From the human T2T-CHM13v2.0 reference genome, Homo sapiens: a stretch of DNA of 64,000 nt. Below are positions 15,157-26,735 of this stretch, piece by piece. Numbering within the stretch: the stretch's first letter is position 1; each line of letters begins with the position of its first letter. The stretch lies in assembly GCF_009914755.1 (NCBI RefSeq), contig NC_060925.1. The stretch is one strand, 5' to 3'. The translations under genes were made by a program, and so were the position numbers. The notes beneath the pieces were generated by a model. That model saw only the letters and a program-made list of their open reading frames with translations, ran no database searches and was not told the DNA's origin.

Positions 15157-15617
15157 CAGTCAGACTCTATCTTGGACCCACTGGGGCGAACCCACGAGTC
15201 TTTTGGTTTGCTTTTAATTCCTGCACCAGCTGCGGCCTTTATCTGCAGCCAGAAAGCAGGGTTTACCGCTGGCCCCACAGCGCCATACGGTCTGGGGAAA
15301 AGAAGGAAACCCAATAGTACACAAACAAAGGCCCAAAGAGAAATCTTCCAAGTGCTCTATGCCTCACGGTTTAGCAGAAAATATCAAGCAACTCTCAACC
15401 TAGCTGGTCTGTAGCTTCCACAAATGAAATACTGTATTCATTGCAGCCTTTCTGGTTGAGATATTTCAAATATTTGGTGGAGCTTTTAATGAGACGGAGA
15501 GACACTCTCGAGTGTGGAAGAAAAACATGAGGGGGTGTGAGGATAAGGCGACTTTAGGACAGAAAAAACAAAGAGACAAGGAAGCCACGTAAACGTTTTC
15601 GGGTAGGCGTGAGGCGA

Positions 15618-15631
15618 TGTCAGTTTTGAAC
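15618..15631 (-). terminator. snRNA 3' box-like element
   Basis: GTTCAAAACTGACA, about 12 nt downstream of the U1 3' end. Confidence 0.5.
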
Positions 15632-15642
15632 CCCGTTTATGT

Positions 15643-15792
15643 TAGGTAGAGAGCGCAGCCCTCTTCTAGCACAAACACCGTTTCCCACATTGAAGAAATC
15701 ACAGAGATCAGCAACTCTAGAGTGCGATGAAGAAGCTTCACTCTGGGAGAACCCCCTTCGTGACCACGGTCTCTTTCCTGCCAGGTAAGTGG
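15643..15792 (-). ncRNA. U1 snRNA variant or pseudogene (genomic-duplication class)
   Basis: CCACTTACCTGGCAGGAAAGAGACCGTGGTCACGAAGGGGGTTCTCCCAGAG...AATGTGGGAAAC...CTCTCTACCTA aligns to U1 end to end. It is 150 nt with deletions around the Sm site. Confidence 0.92.
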
Positions 15793-15834
15793 GAATGAGC
15801 GCATGCCCTGCAGGGACAGCACAGCGTCCTCGCC

Positions 15835-15856
15835 CTGGTCGGACGCTCAGGGTCAC
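15835..15856 (-). promoter_or_regulatory. snRNA proximal sequence element (PSE)-like
   Basis: GTGACCCTGAGCGTCCG at about -64 relative to the U1 start. The U1 PSE begins GTGACCGTGTGTG. Confidence 0.55.
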
Positions 15857-16828
15857 CACCCTACCCACTGCCCCCTTCGCCATTCTTCCAAACCACTCTC
15901 TGCCAAAGATTCCACCGACAGTCACCCCACACGACAACCCAGGCCGCCTTTCAGCAGTGGCTCCCGCCCCGCAACCACGCGCCCTCTCACCCCCGCGGTT
16001 CTGCCCGCCGCCTCTGTCCAGTCTGTGCACTTCACCTCCCTGGCTCCCGCTCTCCCCTGAGCTTACAGTGGACGCGGGGTTCTTCCAAACCCCTCTTGGG
16101 AATACTGAATGGAAAAGGGGGAGCGTGCGCAAGTGCTTGGTAGAGTGTAGACATTGTGGGATTTGACTGTGGTACCATCGCTTTGACGTCCTAGTGCTGA
16201 TTTTTACACCTGCATTCTGCTTAGGGCACTGGCAACAGTTTTCCGTTTGTGCCTACTCCACCTGCTGTCTTTGTTGGGTCAGCGAACATCGCCTCCCTCT
16301 ACCGCTCAATCAGCAAAAGGGACCGCCCTTGAGGACCTCACCCGCCGCTCACTCCCCTCCCAACTTCGCGGGCATCGCCTCCGGTCGCCTCTTCCGAAGG
16401 CCTAACGAGCATGTTAGCTGCGAACGGAGGTGAGGAGGCTCCGCTGACTGACCGGTGCCCACGTCCAGGGCACGCACAAACGCCATGACTTGGCTTGGCC
16501 TCTCTCTTAGTTATTCACAGCTCAGCCCGATAGGCACCTCTGGGGCGGCGACGGCAAAGAGGGTGCGCTTATTAAGTGCAGCTCCACGGGGACTGGCCTC
16601 TCTGCACGGCTGTGTACACCTGAGCGAGACGCTCAGTCGCTCTCTAAAGCCGCTTCTGCGGATGACAGACACGGAGATAAACGTGAGAGGTGGCCCACCA
16701 CGACTTGCCCTCCTTTGCCCGGGTTTGCCCCTCGCTGCGGAGGCTGTTCTACATCTGGCCCTTGGAGCAGGCCGGCTGACAGCGTGGTAAAGGAAGATTT
16801 CTGCGGGAGGGCGGCCAGTGCAAAACAA

Positions 16829-16900
16829 TTCCCTGACCGGGAATCGAACCCGGGCCGTGGCTCTTTCAGCACCGAATCCTAGCCACTAGACAACCATGCA
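16829..16900 (-). tRNA. tRNA-Glu-derived gene with a GAA (Phe) anticodon, probable pseudogene
   Basis: TGCATGGTTGTCTAGTGGCTAGGATTCGGTG-CTGAAAG-AGCCACGGCCCGGGTTCGATTCCCGGTCAGGGAA. The body is Glu-TTC and the B box is perfect. Confidence 0.88.
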
Positions 16901-18218
16901 GATGCGGAAAGCTGCTTTCTCTCCCTTCTTCGACCTGAAGCGACACTTTCCTGTGCTCTAGGAGGACTTGGGTCTTGTGAGAGTCGCCCTTTGCTCCTGG
17001 AGTCGTCTCACAAGGCCGTTCACTCCCTGCTTTCTTCAAAAAAAGAACCTGCAGGCGACACACCAAGGACTCCACGAGGGAGTCCTGAGTACTGGAGCGA
17101 GTTGCGGCCACGCGGCCGCAGCTCACCACTGGCCTAGAGATGCCCTTTGCGAGGCGGCAGCAACTGACAAGATGGTCGCGGGTCGCCGGGTCCGGAGCCG
17201 CCCACCAGGTTGCCAGGAGGAGGCGGGAGCGGGGAGGCGCCCGAGGTGAGACAGGGGCACCCTCTGCATCATAAAGGACCCAGACCCCGGCACCCTCAAC
17301 ATCATAAGGAATCAGACGGATGCGGAAACCGAGACGGGCTGGATAGGAAACTCTTTCCAGGAAGGCTCCGGGGCACTCAACTGGTCTCCAACCTTCCCCT
17401 GCAACCTGTGACGCCTGCCATTTTCCCATTTTAGGCGATGGCAACGCAACCCCTCCGTTTGCTCTGGGCAAAACTTCGAGAGTTCCCTCTGAAGCTGGAG
17501 CTTTTTCCTCAGATCCAAGATCCAATTGGTCACCAATTCGTGATTTCCGTCGGCCAAGTGCGTGGGCATTGATCTACACGCGAGTTTCTCCACCTCTGCC
17601 GAATGGCTACTTCGGGGTGGGGGAGGGGCCCTCCCGCCGTGGATTGCAAGGTGTTTAGCAGCATCTGTCTCCTCCGCTGACTAGACACATGCCAGGGGGA
17701 TAACATTCTCCCTCCCGCTTCCCCCAGCCGCGGCCTAGTGTCCCAGCGGGGTTGGGAGAGGCATGTGAGGGCGAAGTTGCCCCCTGTTGAGAACCATTGC
17801 TGCGCGTAGTCCTTCTCTCTGAACTTGTGCAGAGGACTCTCCAGGTGAAGGCTCAAGGGTGGATCCAGCTCGAGACACCCTCGCTCCCCCTCACAGTCGG
17901 ACCTTAGGATTTAGGCTTTAACATCTCCACATCATGAGATTCGAAACCTTTAGGTCTTGTCTTCCGTTCTGTCCTCCAAATCGGCCTCTTCCGAGCCTGT
18001 TGACCAGGGCCAGCCGGGCAGAGGGCTGGGCTCGCTCAACGAGGCTCCTCTCGCACCTCCTGGAGCTTCAGGCTTCTTTCCGTTGCAGAGAAGCTTTATG
18101 GGCCAATTCGTTCGGCATCCCCGGGGGCAGGTGCGCGGTGCGCGGGGAAGAAGAGGATTTGACTGCGGTTCTCCACCCCCGGCGCCCAACCTCCACCCCG
18201 GTGCGCGCGCTCTTCCAG

Positions 18219-18366
18219 GCTCCTGCTGGTCCCACTTGCCAGGAGTTAGGTCTCAGGTCAGCCTGAGCTCCTGAGACGCCCAGGCCCGGAAAGACACGTA
18301 GGGGAAACCATCTGCTCACTTCTGTCCTGTCCGGAAGGGATCCCTTTCTGACGGGAAAGAAAGGCG
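18219..18366 (+). ncRNA. Candidate lncRNA exon (LINC00869/LINC00623-like family)
   Basis: tcttccag acceptor and gcg|gtgagt donor. The family assignment is from recall only. Confidence 0.4.
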
Positions 18367-18682
18367 GTGAGTCCTGTCCTGTTGAGTAGGCGGAAGAGAG
18401 ATCAAAGGGAAGACAAGAAAAATCCTGTGAGTTTTCAGGATCTAAAGTTACCATGAGGTCGACCTAACCTCCTCTGGAGGTCCTCCCGGTCCTCCCGTGG
18501 CTGTCGAAGGTGAATCTAGCTTCCGTCTCCAGTTCGCCAAGGCGGACAAAGCCGACGACAATGGGCCTGTCCACTATCTTCTTTCATATGCACAAAATGT
18601 CAGCTCTTCTTGTTTCTAACTTGCAACATCCCACCTGATGACCAGCTCAGCAAATTAGAGACCCTCCATGGGATTCCATCTC

Positions 18683-18915
18683 TGTCTTAGTTCGGGCTTC
18701 CATAACTATATACCATAAACTGGGTGGCTAATTCACGACAGAAATTTATTTCTCACAGTTCTGGAGGTTGGAAGTCCGAGATCAAGGTGCCAACATGGTA
18801 GGGTTATGATGAGGGACTTTTTTCTGGTTGTAGACTGCCACCTTCTCATTGTATCCTCAGGGGGCAGAGAGAGCTCCCTGGGGTCCCTTTTATAGTGGCA
18901 TTAGTCCCACTCAGA
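18683..18915 (-). mobile_element. MaLR LTR fragment (MLT1A-like)
   Basis: cagaaatttatttctcacagttctggaggttggaagtccgagatcaaggtgcc. Confidence 0.8.
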
Positions 18916-18949
18916 CTAACGGGACTAAATCCAGACCCAGTTATTGCAA

Positions 18950-19450
18950 TGTGTGCAAAAGAACAAGGACTTGTACTATCTGACTTCAAGGCTTACTATA
19001 AGCTATTACAGACAAGGCATCAGGAGGGACAAATAGATAAACAGACTGAGTTAAGAGACCTGAAACTGATCCACAGCCATACAGTCAATAAATGAGCTTT
19101 CAATGAAAGCAGTTCAATAGAAGAAAATAAATCATTTCAATTAATGGACTTTCATATGGAGGTGGGGGAGACCAACAATGTTATTCTCCCTCACACTACA
19201 TACAAAAGTAATTTGAGGTGCATTATACACCAAAACTTAAAAGTTAAAGATATAAAGCATTTCAAGGATACTCTGTAGGTAAAGATTAGCCTACCAACAA
19301 GTAGGACACTGAAAAAATATATATAAAAGACATGATAAATTAGACTTCATCAACATTAGCCATACCTTCTCATCAAAAGATACCACTAAGAAAGTGAAAA
19401 GGCAAGCAAGCCACAGACAGAGAGAAAATAGTCACAAAACGTATCTGACC
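18950..19450 (+). mobile_element. Old L1M ORF2 fragment
   Basis: ctgacttcaaggcttactataagct and downstream degenerate L1 3' ORF2 sequence. Confidence 0.65.
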
Positions 19451-19998
19451 TCCACATCCTGTAATTAGAATTATTGTGGTCTGGTACACTGCACCCAGTT
19501 TCTGCAGGAGTACTTTCTGGGTGTCTCTAATGAGTAAGAGAGGGCCCCATGGGATATTCCTACAGTTCCCAGATGAACAGTGGGAAAGACTCTACGTTGA
19601 CAAACCCCGGGGACCTGAAAACTCAGGTCCTCAAGGAGGGTAGAGGATACCTGGACCCTGACCCAGACCCCTAGATGGGCTGTGCCAAGAGACCCAGCAA
19701 GGGAAGGGATTCCCTCCTGCCTCAGGTTCTCTGTTCTTCTGTGGTTAGAAGACCTGAACCCAACTCCCTCTCCAAGCAGTGGAGATAGGGCTTTTCCAAG
19801 GGCTGGGGATCTTGCTGTCCTAAGGACAGCTGAGCAAGGGGGTCGAGGAGGAGCTTGGGTGGTGGAGGAGAGGAAACCGGGTAAGATGTGTGAAGCAGTC
19901 GGCTATACCAGGCACAGAGAGGACCCACTGGGACACAAGAGCCTGCATGTGAAGCCAGGCCTTGGGCCACCTTGTTCCTCAAAGGGGTGCTTACTTCC

Positions 19999-20508
19999 AT
20001 GGGATCTTCAAAGGGACTGTGGAAAGAGAAGCCTTCAGCCCACACCTCTGAATGCTTTTCCACCACAGCATGCCCTGTGGCCTGTATCCTGCTGGTGTGG
20101 AACAGTCAGACCCCTGCAGGGCTGCAGAGCCTCTGTACTGGGCGGCATCCCAGCCTGAGTGCCAGAGCTCAGTGGGCAGGCCCCCGAGCAAGCAGAGAGG
20201 AGGGCACCTTTTGGACAGAACCTGTGGGACAAGAGCGACGTCTCATCCTTTCAGGTTCCTCACAAAATGACAGTCAGGAAGATCAGGGTGCAGACCTGAT
20301 TTCCCACGAAGGGCTGAAAGCAGACAACCGGAGGGAGAGCAGCACCTGGGCCAATGAGGTAGAAGACAGAAGACCACAGTGTACTTCTGCCCTCAACCTC
20401 ACCCCCTCCCACCTACATCCTCCACACCCCCTGACCACCTTCTTCAGAAACGTAATAGGAATCAAGATCCCCCCTGGCCTGGTTGCTATGGGAGGCACAG
20501 TGGCCTGA
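19999..20508 (+). CDS. FAM231D: FAM231-family putative protein (169 aa, single exon, dubious coding status)
   Basis: MGSSKGLWKEKPSAHTSECFSTTACPVA...GIKIPPGLVAMGGTVA* matches the FAM231 family as recalled. The exact paralog is uncertain. Confidence 0.7.
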   Translation: MGSSKGLWKEKPSAHTSECFSTTACPVACILLVWNSQTPAGLQSLCTGRHPSLSARAQWAGPRASREEGTFWTEPVGQERRLILSGSSQNDSQEDQGADLISHEGLKADNRRESSTWANEVEDRRPQCTSALNLTPSHLHPPHPLTTFFRNVIGIKIPPGLVAMGGTVA

Positions 20509-20666
20509 TGGAGCCTGAGGCAGGTGTGGGAAGATGTGGATTGTCTAACTGGAGGTTGGGAGTCCAGGGTGCAGAAGGAGAAGCTTGGAGTGCAGGATTT
20601 GGTGGTATGTGTGTGGCAGTAGGCACTATGTTCTAATTGCCAGTTTTTTTTTCTTCTTCCTTTTTT

Positions 20667-21239
20667 TCTCTAGCTAAACAAGCACTGGCCTTGAGATAAG
20701 CAATGCTGAAGCACTTGCAGCTCACCTATTACCATAAACTGACTGAGCCCTCCCTACACAAGCCGTAACTACTGCTTTGATTGGACAAGAGACTGATTTC
20801 AGTAGTTTTCTCTTGATAAGAGACCACTGGCCATGGGCGGGTTCTGGACAGTTTACAGAAGCTATGCACTTGATTGCCTTTGTGTCCCTGCTTCACCTTT
20901 TGAAGCATAGGGCCTAATTATAATGTATTTAAATGTTGTCTCCACCCCAAAGTGAACATGGGTTGCATGTAACAGGCATGTTTACTCAGCATGCATGCAG
21001 CAGGATCCCTTCACAAATATTCAGAGCTCCCCCTATTCCCTGTTGAATATGTATATGTGGCCAGCCAGATCAACGTAAATCACTATTCGCCCTCCCCTCC
21101 CTGGAAACCTACTTTTCGGGTTTCAGCAGGAAGCTATGCCTCCCCGTCTGTCAGAATGGCCACTTGCAGGCTCTAACCCTTTATAAAAAAATAAAATCTC
21201 CTTTCTAAATTTATAAATTGTGTGATTTTTCAGTTGACA
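20667..21239 (+). mobile_element. MER4D-type LTR, 3' part
   Basis: Homologous to 7135-7701 (gctaaacaagcactggccttgaga...ttcagttgaca). Confidence 0.8.
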
Positions 21240-21523
21240 GCTTTCAGTTGTCAGTCAAGTCATTGACTGGGAAAAGTCATTTGCAATATATTTATTTGAA
21301 AAATGACTCAACTCCTGAATATATAAGAGAACTTTCATAAATCAGTAATATAGAGCTAAGCCAAATAAAATCGGGCAAAATATTCGAATAGGCCTTTGCA
21401 AAGGAGAATTTCTTATATGCTGGAAGCCATAAGAAAATATGCTTCATAGTATTGCTCATTAGGCAAGTACAAATTAATTCCACACTGAGATACCACTAAC
21501 CAATCACCAGTGTGTGGCTACTT

Positions 21524-21710
21524 TTTTTTTTTTCTCTGAGACAGGGTCTCTCTCACCCAAGCTGGAGTGCAATGGTGCGATTGGTGCAATCTTGAGTCAC
21601 TGCAACCTCCCCCTCCTGAGTAGCTGGGACTACAGGTGCATGCCACCATGCCTGGCTAATTTTTATATTTTCAGTAGAGATGGGGTTTTGCCATGTTGGC
21701 CAGTTTGGTC
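21524..21710 (-). mobile_element. Alu fragment, antisense
   Basis: T tail plus an internally deleted Alu inside an L1M 3' fragment. Confidence 0.75.
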
Positions 21711-22821
21711 TGAGAGCATAGCTACATTTTAAAAAGTTAGTACACCAAATGCTGACAAGAATTTGGTGCCACTTCAACTGTCATTGCTGGTGAAAAAACA
21801 TTCTAGAAGACTGGCAATTTATACTAATGTTAAACTTGTACTCAGGTCGTGACCCAGCAATTGAAGTACTTCCATGAATCTCAAGTGCACAAAAAGACCT
21901 GTAGAAGAATATTCATCACAAGAATTCAATAACACCAAAATTGAGAAGTGATCTATGAAACTACGTGGATATATCTCATGAGTATAATGAACATACCTGC
22001 AGAAAAAAGGCCAGATACAAAAGATATGTCCATTCACTCATGTGAACTTTAAGAACAGGCAATTGTAACCTATGGGAATAGACATCAGAATAGTGATTAA
22101 CTAAGAGGACACAGGGTGGGAATTGCCTGGAAAGGGGCTCTAACAGGCCTTTCTCAGATGATGGCAATTTTCTATAACTTGAGCTGGGTGGTGATTACAT
22201 TCATCAAAAATAAACGAACTGCACTAAAGATTTGTGCACTTTATGTGAACTGTAGTTTATTTACTGTTCTCATTGCTTGAACCCGGGAAACGGGACGTTG
22301 CAGTGAGCCGAGATTGAGCCATGGCACTCCAGCCTGGGTGACAGAACAAGACTACATCTCAAAAATAATAGTAATAGTAATAATTTACTGTTCTCATAAA
22401 AATTAGCGGATGGGGAATGGAGGCAAGCCGGTGTAGACCATGACAACTAGTTTAGATTTTATTGTAAACTCATTAAAAGCTCGTTCTCGTTTTGTGTTTT
22501 TAAAAAATCCCACTGATACAGCCGTTTTCTCTACCAGATGAGACTATAACCGTATTATTTCATCAGTGGAAGCTACAGACAAAGGGCCCTTGAGAGGCGG
22601 CATCTTCACCTATGGGAATTTTTTCTGCTCCATTGTGAGACAAAGAGCATGTCCGAGTTTTCATTTTGGCCAGGCCGCCCCCTAGTTTACGCACTGTGGG
22701 CTAAACTCCAGAAGCTGGCGCCCTTCCGGGCCAGCGGTTTACTCCGCTCTCTGGAGGCTGCTAGGATTAAAGGCAAAGCAAACGACAGGTCTTTTAGCTA
22801 CAATCGCAGGAGAGAAAACAC

Positions 22822-22893
22822 TACTGTGACTCAGATTAGAACCCAGGTTGCGGCAACCACAGCTGCAAGTATTGACCACTACACGACCAAAAA
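22822..22893 (-). pseudogene. tRNA-His(GTG) pseudogene, copy 3
   Basis: Plus-strand tactgtgactcagattagaacccaggttgcggcaaccacagctgcaagtattgaccactacacgacc matches the reverse complement of tRNA-His. Confidence 0.85.
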
Positions 22894-23048
22894 GCCTGCT
22901 GACAACCATTGTACTTCTTATATTTTTTTATGTAAAAACACTCATACTATTTTCTCTGCTTTATTCTCGAACGTCTGCAGATTTTCGTGCTTTTCTCTCT
23001 TTCATGCGCTTCTCCGTTACTCTCTCCCCATTCCGCTACATAATTTAA

Positions 23049-23501
<453 letters not shown>

Positions 23502-24137
23502 TGAACACCGATGGGCCCACAAAACACGCGGAGGCCACGGTGGCTGAAGATGTTAGCAAATTCGGTTCGCGGTGTCTGGGGTACAGCCTCGAGGGTCCAT
23601 TGGCTACCTCTGTGCAAGGACCACTCTGCGCAAGGACCAGTCACCGCTGCTCTCCTCATCTCCATTGAGATTCTCCCGCACACACCTCCCCTTTCTTTGG
23701 GCCGCTGAGGCCTCTTGGACCTCCGAGGTGATTGCCCCGCCCGCAGCTTCTCTCCTTCCGGGAGCTTCATTTCTTGTTCCTCTCCGTAGTGGCTCAGCGG
23801 TAAGCCCAAGGTCCAGCACACGAATCAGGAAACTGATGGTTCTTGGGTTTGCAGGAATCCGCCCAGAGAACAGATGAAAGTAACAGGTACCAATATCAAA
23901 ACTGCAGTGACTCACCAGAAACACTACGTGCTTGCCACTTTGCTTAGCGGTTTGTTGAGTCCAACAACTGCGTGGGTCCCGGGTTAGTCTCCTGAATGTC
24001 TTTTGCTGCTACTTTGGTCAGCGTTGTTGTCAGTTTACCTTGTGGTGGCCAAGCCCTTAAATGCACTATTAGGTTATGCAGTGTAATTCTGCAGGGCAGA
24101 AGGGTAAAGAGCCATAGTGAAGAGCAAAAAAACCTCT

Positions 24138-24208
24138 TGCCTTGACCGGGAATTGAACCCGGGTCTCCCGCGTGTGAGGCGAGAATTCTACCACTGAACC
24201 ACCAGTGC
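24138..24208 (-). tRNA. tRNA-Gly(CCC)-derived gene with a CAC (Val) anticodon
   Basis: GCACTGGTGGTTCAGTGGTAGAATTCTCGC-CTCACAC-GCGGGAGACCCGGGTTCAATTCCCGGTCAAGGCA, 71 nt, followed by a T7 terminator. Confidence 0.93.
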
Positions 24209-25744
24209 TTCTCTCTAGCAACCCTTGGAGAATTATCGGAAAGAGTATCCAGAAAGACTTAGAAACTTCCAAGCGGCCTTTTCAAGTGTCGACTCAAAGC
24301 TAACAAAGACATCCAAACCAAATGTTTTTATAGGAAACTTTTACTAAACAAAGTTATAAATATCAAAATAGCTCATTTGTCGGATCAAACTCTTAACTCT
24401 GAAAAAGGTCTTTCTACCTGCATTACATACCCCTATAATAAAACGTCACAAATTCATTCATGTTTCTTTTTTCTAATCCTAAATCTTCAATTGTCAACGT
24501 CAAACTGCTGCCTTAGTGGTTCTGAGAAGGTAACCTAACTGGTAGCTTAGGTAAGTAAAGTTCTAATCCAGGGAGGAAATAAGAAGCAGAAGCAGAATTA
24601 GAATTAGAGGAAAGAGGAAATAAAAGGACAGAATCAAGGTAGAGATAATGAAGAAACAAAGGTTGGTCCACTGAGTTAGTCTTTTGTCGCTGGTTTTTTT
24701 GGCAAAAGAGTAATGATCGGTCTTGTAACCATAATACTGTTATTTGTCTGCTTGAAGATGTATAAAGCATTTAAAGGAAATGTGATATAAAAAGATTAAT
24801 AATGCCTGCAGTCAATATTTCATTGTTAGAGAGAATCCAATTTCCTAAGTTAATATGCTTTGATGTATTAGCTATGTAAGGAGTAGACTAGTTTAAGGAA
24901 ATATTGATGGTCAAAATATTAACATATTAGTCTTTTGATGAAGTTCAAATAGAGAGATTTCTTTTCTCAATTTTCCCTGGAGAGATTAAACTGAAGAGAA
25001 AAATTCAGAGAGCTTGCCCCACATGTTGGGTCTGTGAGTCATTATGACTTTTTCAAAGACAGGAGCTGTGACATGGAATCATGCTTCTTCTCTAGCTGAG
25101 AAGCCAAGCTAGGTCCAGGCTGGGTCATAAACTTGAGCCCAACAAGGAAATCACCCTTCACATTGACCTCACAGAGCTTTGACTGTTCTCTGTTCTTTGC
25201 CCAACACCCAAGACACACACCAGCTCTGGCCAACAAACCTTAACATATTATCTATATCAACCAGAGCTACATTTATTCCCAAATCTCCTTCTAAAATACA
25301 AACCTGTACTTTCTACTCTCAACTTCTAAATTTACAAAGGCCTCATATGCATCTCAGAGTCACAGATGCTAAAACTCAACACACCGGTGAGTTCCCTGTC
25401 AGCAATATGTACCACCCTCTACCTCAAAACCCAATGATCAGACTCAAGCACAGCATCTCCCAAAGAGTAGTGCACTGCCCTGGGTGTTTCAATGATCACT
25501 AAAACCTGTTTCTAGCCCTGCCTAGCACACTTATCCTCACCACCATCTATCCTATTTGCCAAGCCAGATCTTTCTTTGGATAAACTCTCTCATTTTCATA
25601 ACACAACAATTTCAGTTCAATTAAAAAAAAATAGCGTTTAAGTTTATTGGATACTCCACAAGCTTACTGCCACTTTATTACCACACTTTTCCATCTATCG
25701 GCTCTTGCATCCATTAACATAAGCAGACAAAAAACTGGACTCCT

Positions 25745-26069
25745 GGCCAGGTGCGGTGGCTCAAGCCTGTAACCCCAGCACTTTGGAAGGCCAAGGCAGG
25801 CGGATCACGAAGTCAGAAGATTGAGACCATCCTGACTAACATGGTGAAACCCCATCTCTACTAAAACTACAAAAAAAAAAAAAATTAGCCAGGCGTGGTG
25901 GCACCCATCTGTAGTCCCAGCTACTCAAGAGGCTGAAGCAGGAGAATCGCTTGAACCCAGGAGGCAGAGGTTGCAATGAGCCAAGACCACACAACTGCAC
26001 TCCAGCCTGGGTGAAAAAGCAAGACTCCACCTCAAAAAAAAAAACAACAACAACAACAACAACAAAAAA
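25745..26069 (+). mobile_element. AluSc-like full-length
   Basis: Dimeric Alu with (AAC)n tail and TSD caaaaaactggactcc. Confidence 0.95.
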
Positions 26070-26352
26070 CTGGACTCCCTACAGCCAGTGTAGTATGCAC
26101 CACTCACTTGCCACACTGTATGCTGAGTGACCCTTCCACAGCTTAAATCTGCACATAACTTCAGCCTAGAACCATATAATGTCCCTTTATTTCTTCAGTA
26201 CAATGATTAATACCATATTCTCTGTACCCTTCTTCACTCTATGCTCATCATTCTAACAGCTCTTGCCAATACTCAAATCCAGGAGCAGCAAACTACTTCA
26301 CATGTCACAAACTTTTCACAGGTTCACACCAGTGGATTCCCCAGTGAACCAG

Positions 26353-26735
26353 CTGTCTTAACTCAGGCTTCCATAACAAAATACCACAGACTGGGTGGCT
26401 TAAACACGAGGAATTTCTTTCTCACAGTTTGAGAGGCTGAGAAGTCCAAGATCAAACTGCCAGCGGATTCACCTCCTTGGTGAGGGCTCTCTCCCTGGCT
26501 TGCAGACTGCTACATTCTCCTTCTGTCCTCGCATGGTGGAGAGAAAGAGAGCACTTTCGTCTTTCTTCTGTTTCTTATAATGACACTGATCTCATCATGG
26601 AGATCCCATGGTCATGACCTCATCTAAACCTGATTACCTCCCAAAGGCCCTACCTCCAAAATACCTTCACATTGGGGGTTAAGGCTTCAATATATAATAT
26701 GAAGGGAACACAAACATCCATTCCATTACACTAGC
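26353..26735 (-). mobile_element. MaLR LTR (MLT1A-like)
   Basis: ccataacaaaataccacagactgggtggcttaaac...gacctcatctaaacctgattacctcccaaaggccc. Confidence 0.85.

Larger units (their letters stand above)
15780..18560. promoter_or_regulatory. CpG-island-like region spanning the U1 promoter, the Glu-derived tRNA and probable lncRNA 5' exons
   Basis: High GC content and abundant CpG by inspection. Confidence 0.7.

Noticed and set aside
16866-17525. 219-aa minus-strand ORF
   Set aside because: It lies in GC-rich sequence, runs into the tRNA body and has no recognisable domain. The paralog at 63.2-63.7 kb shows no equivalent long plus-strand ORF.
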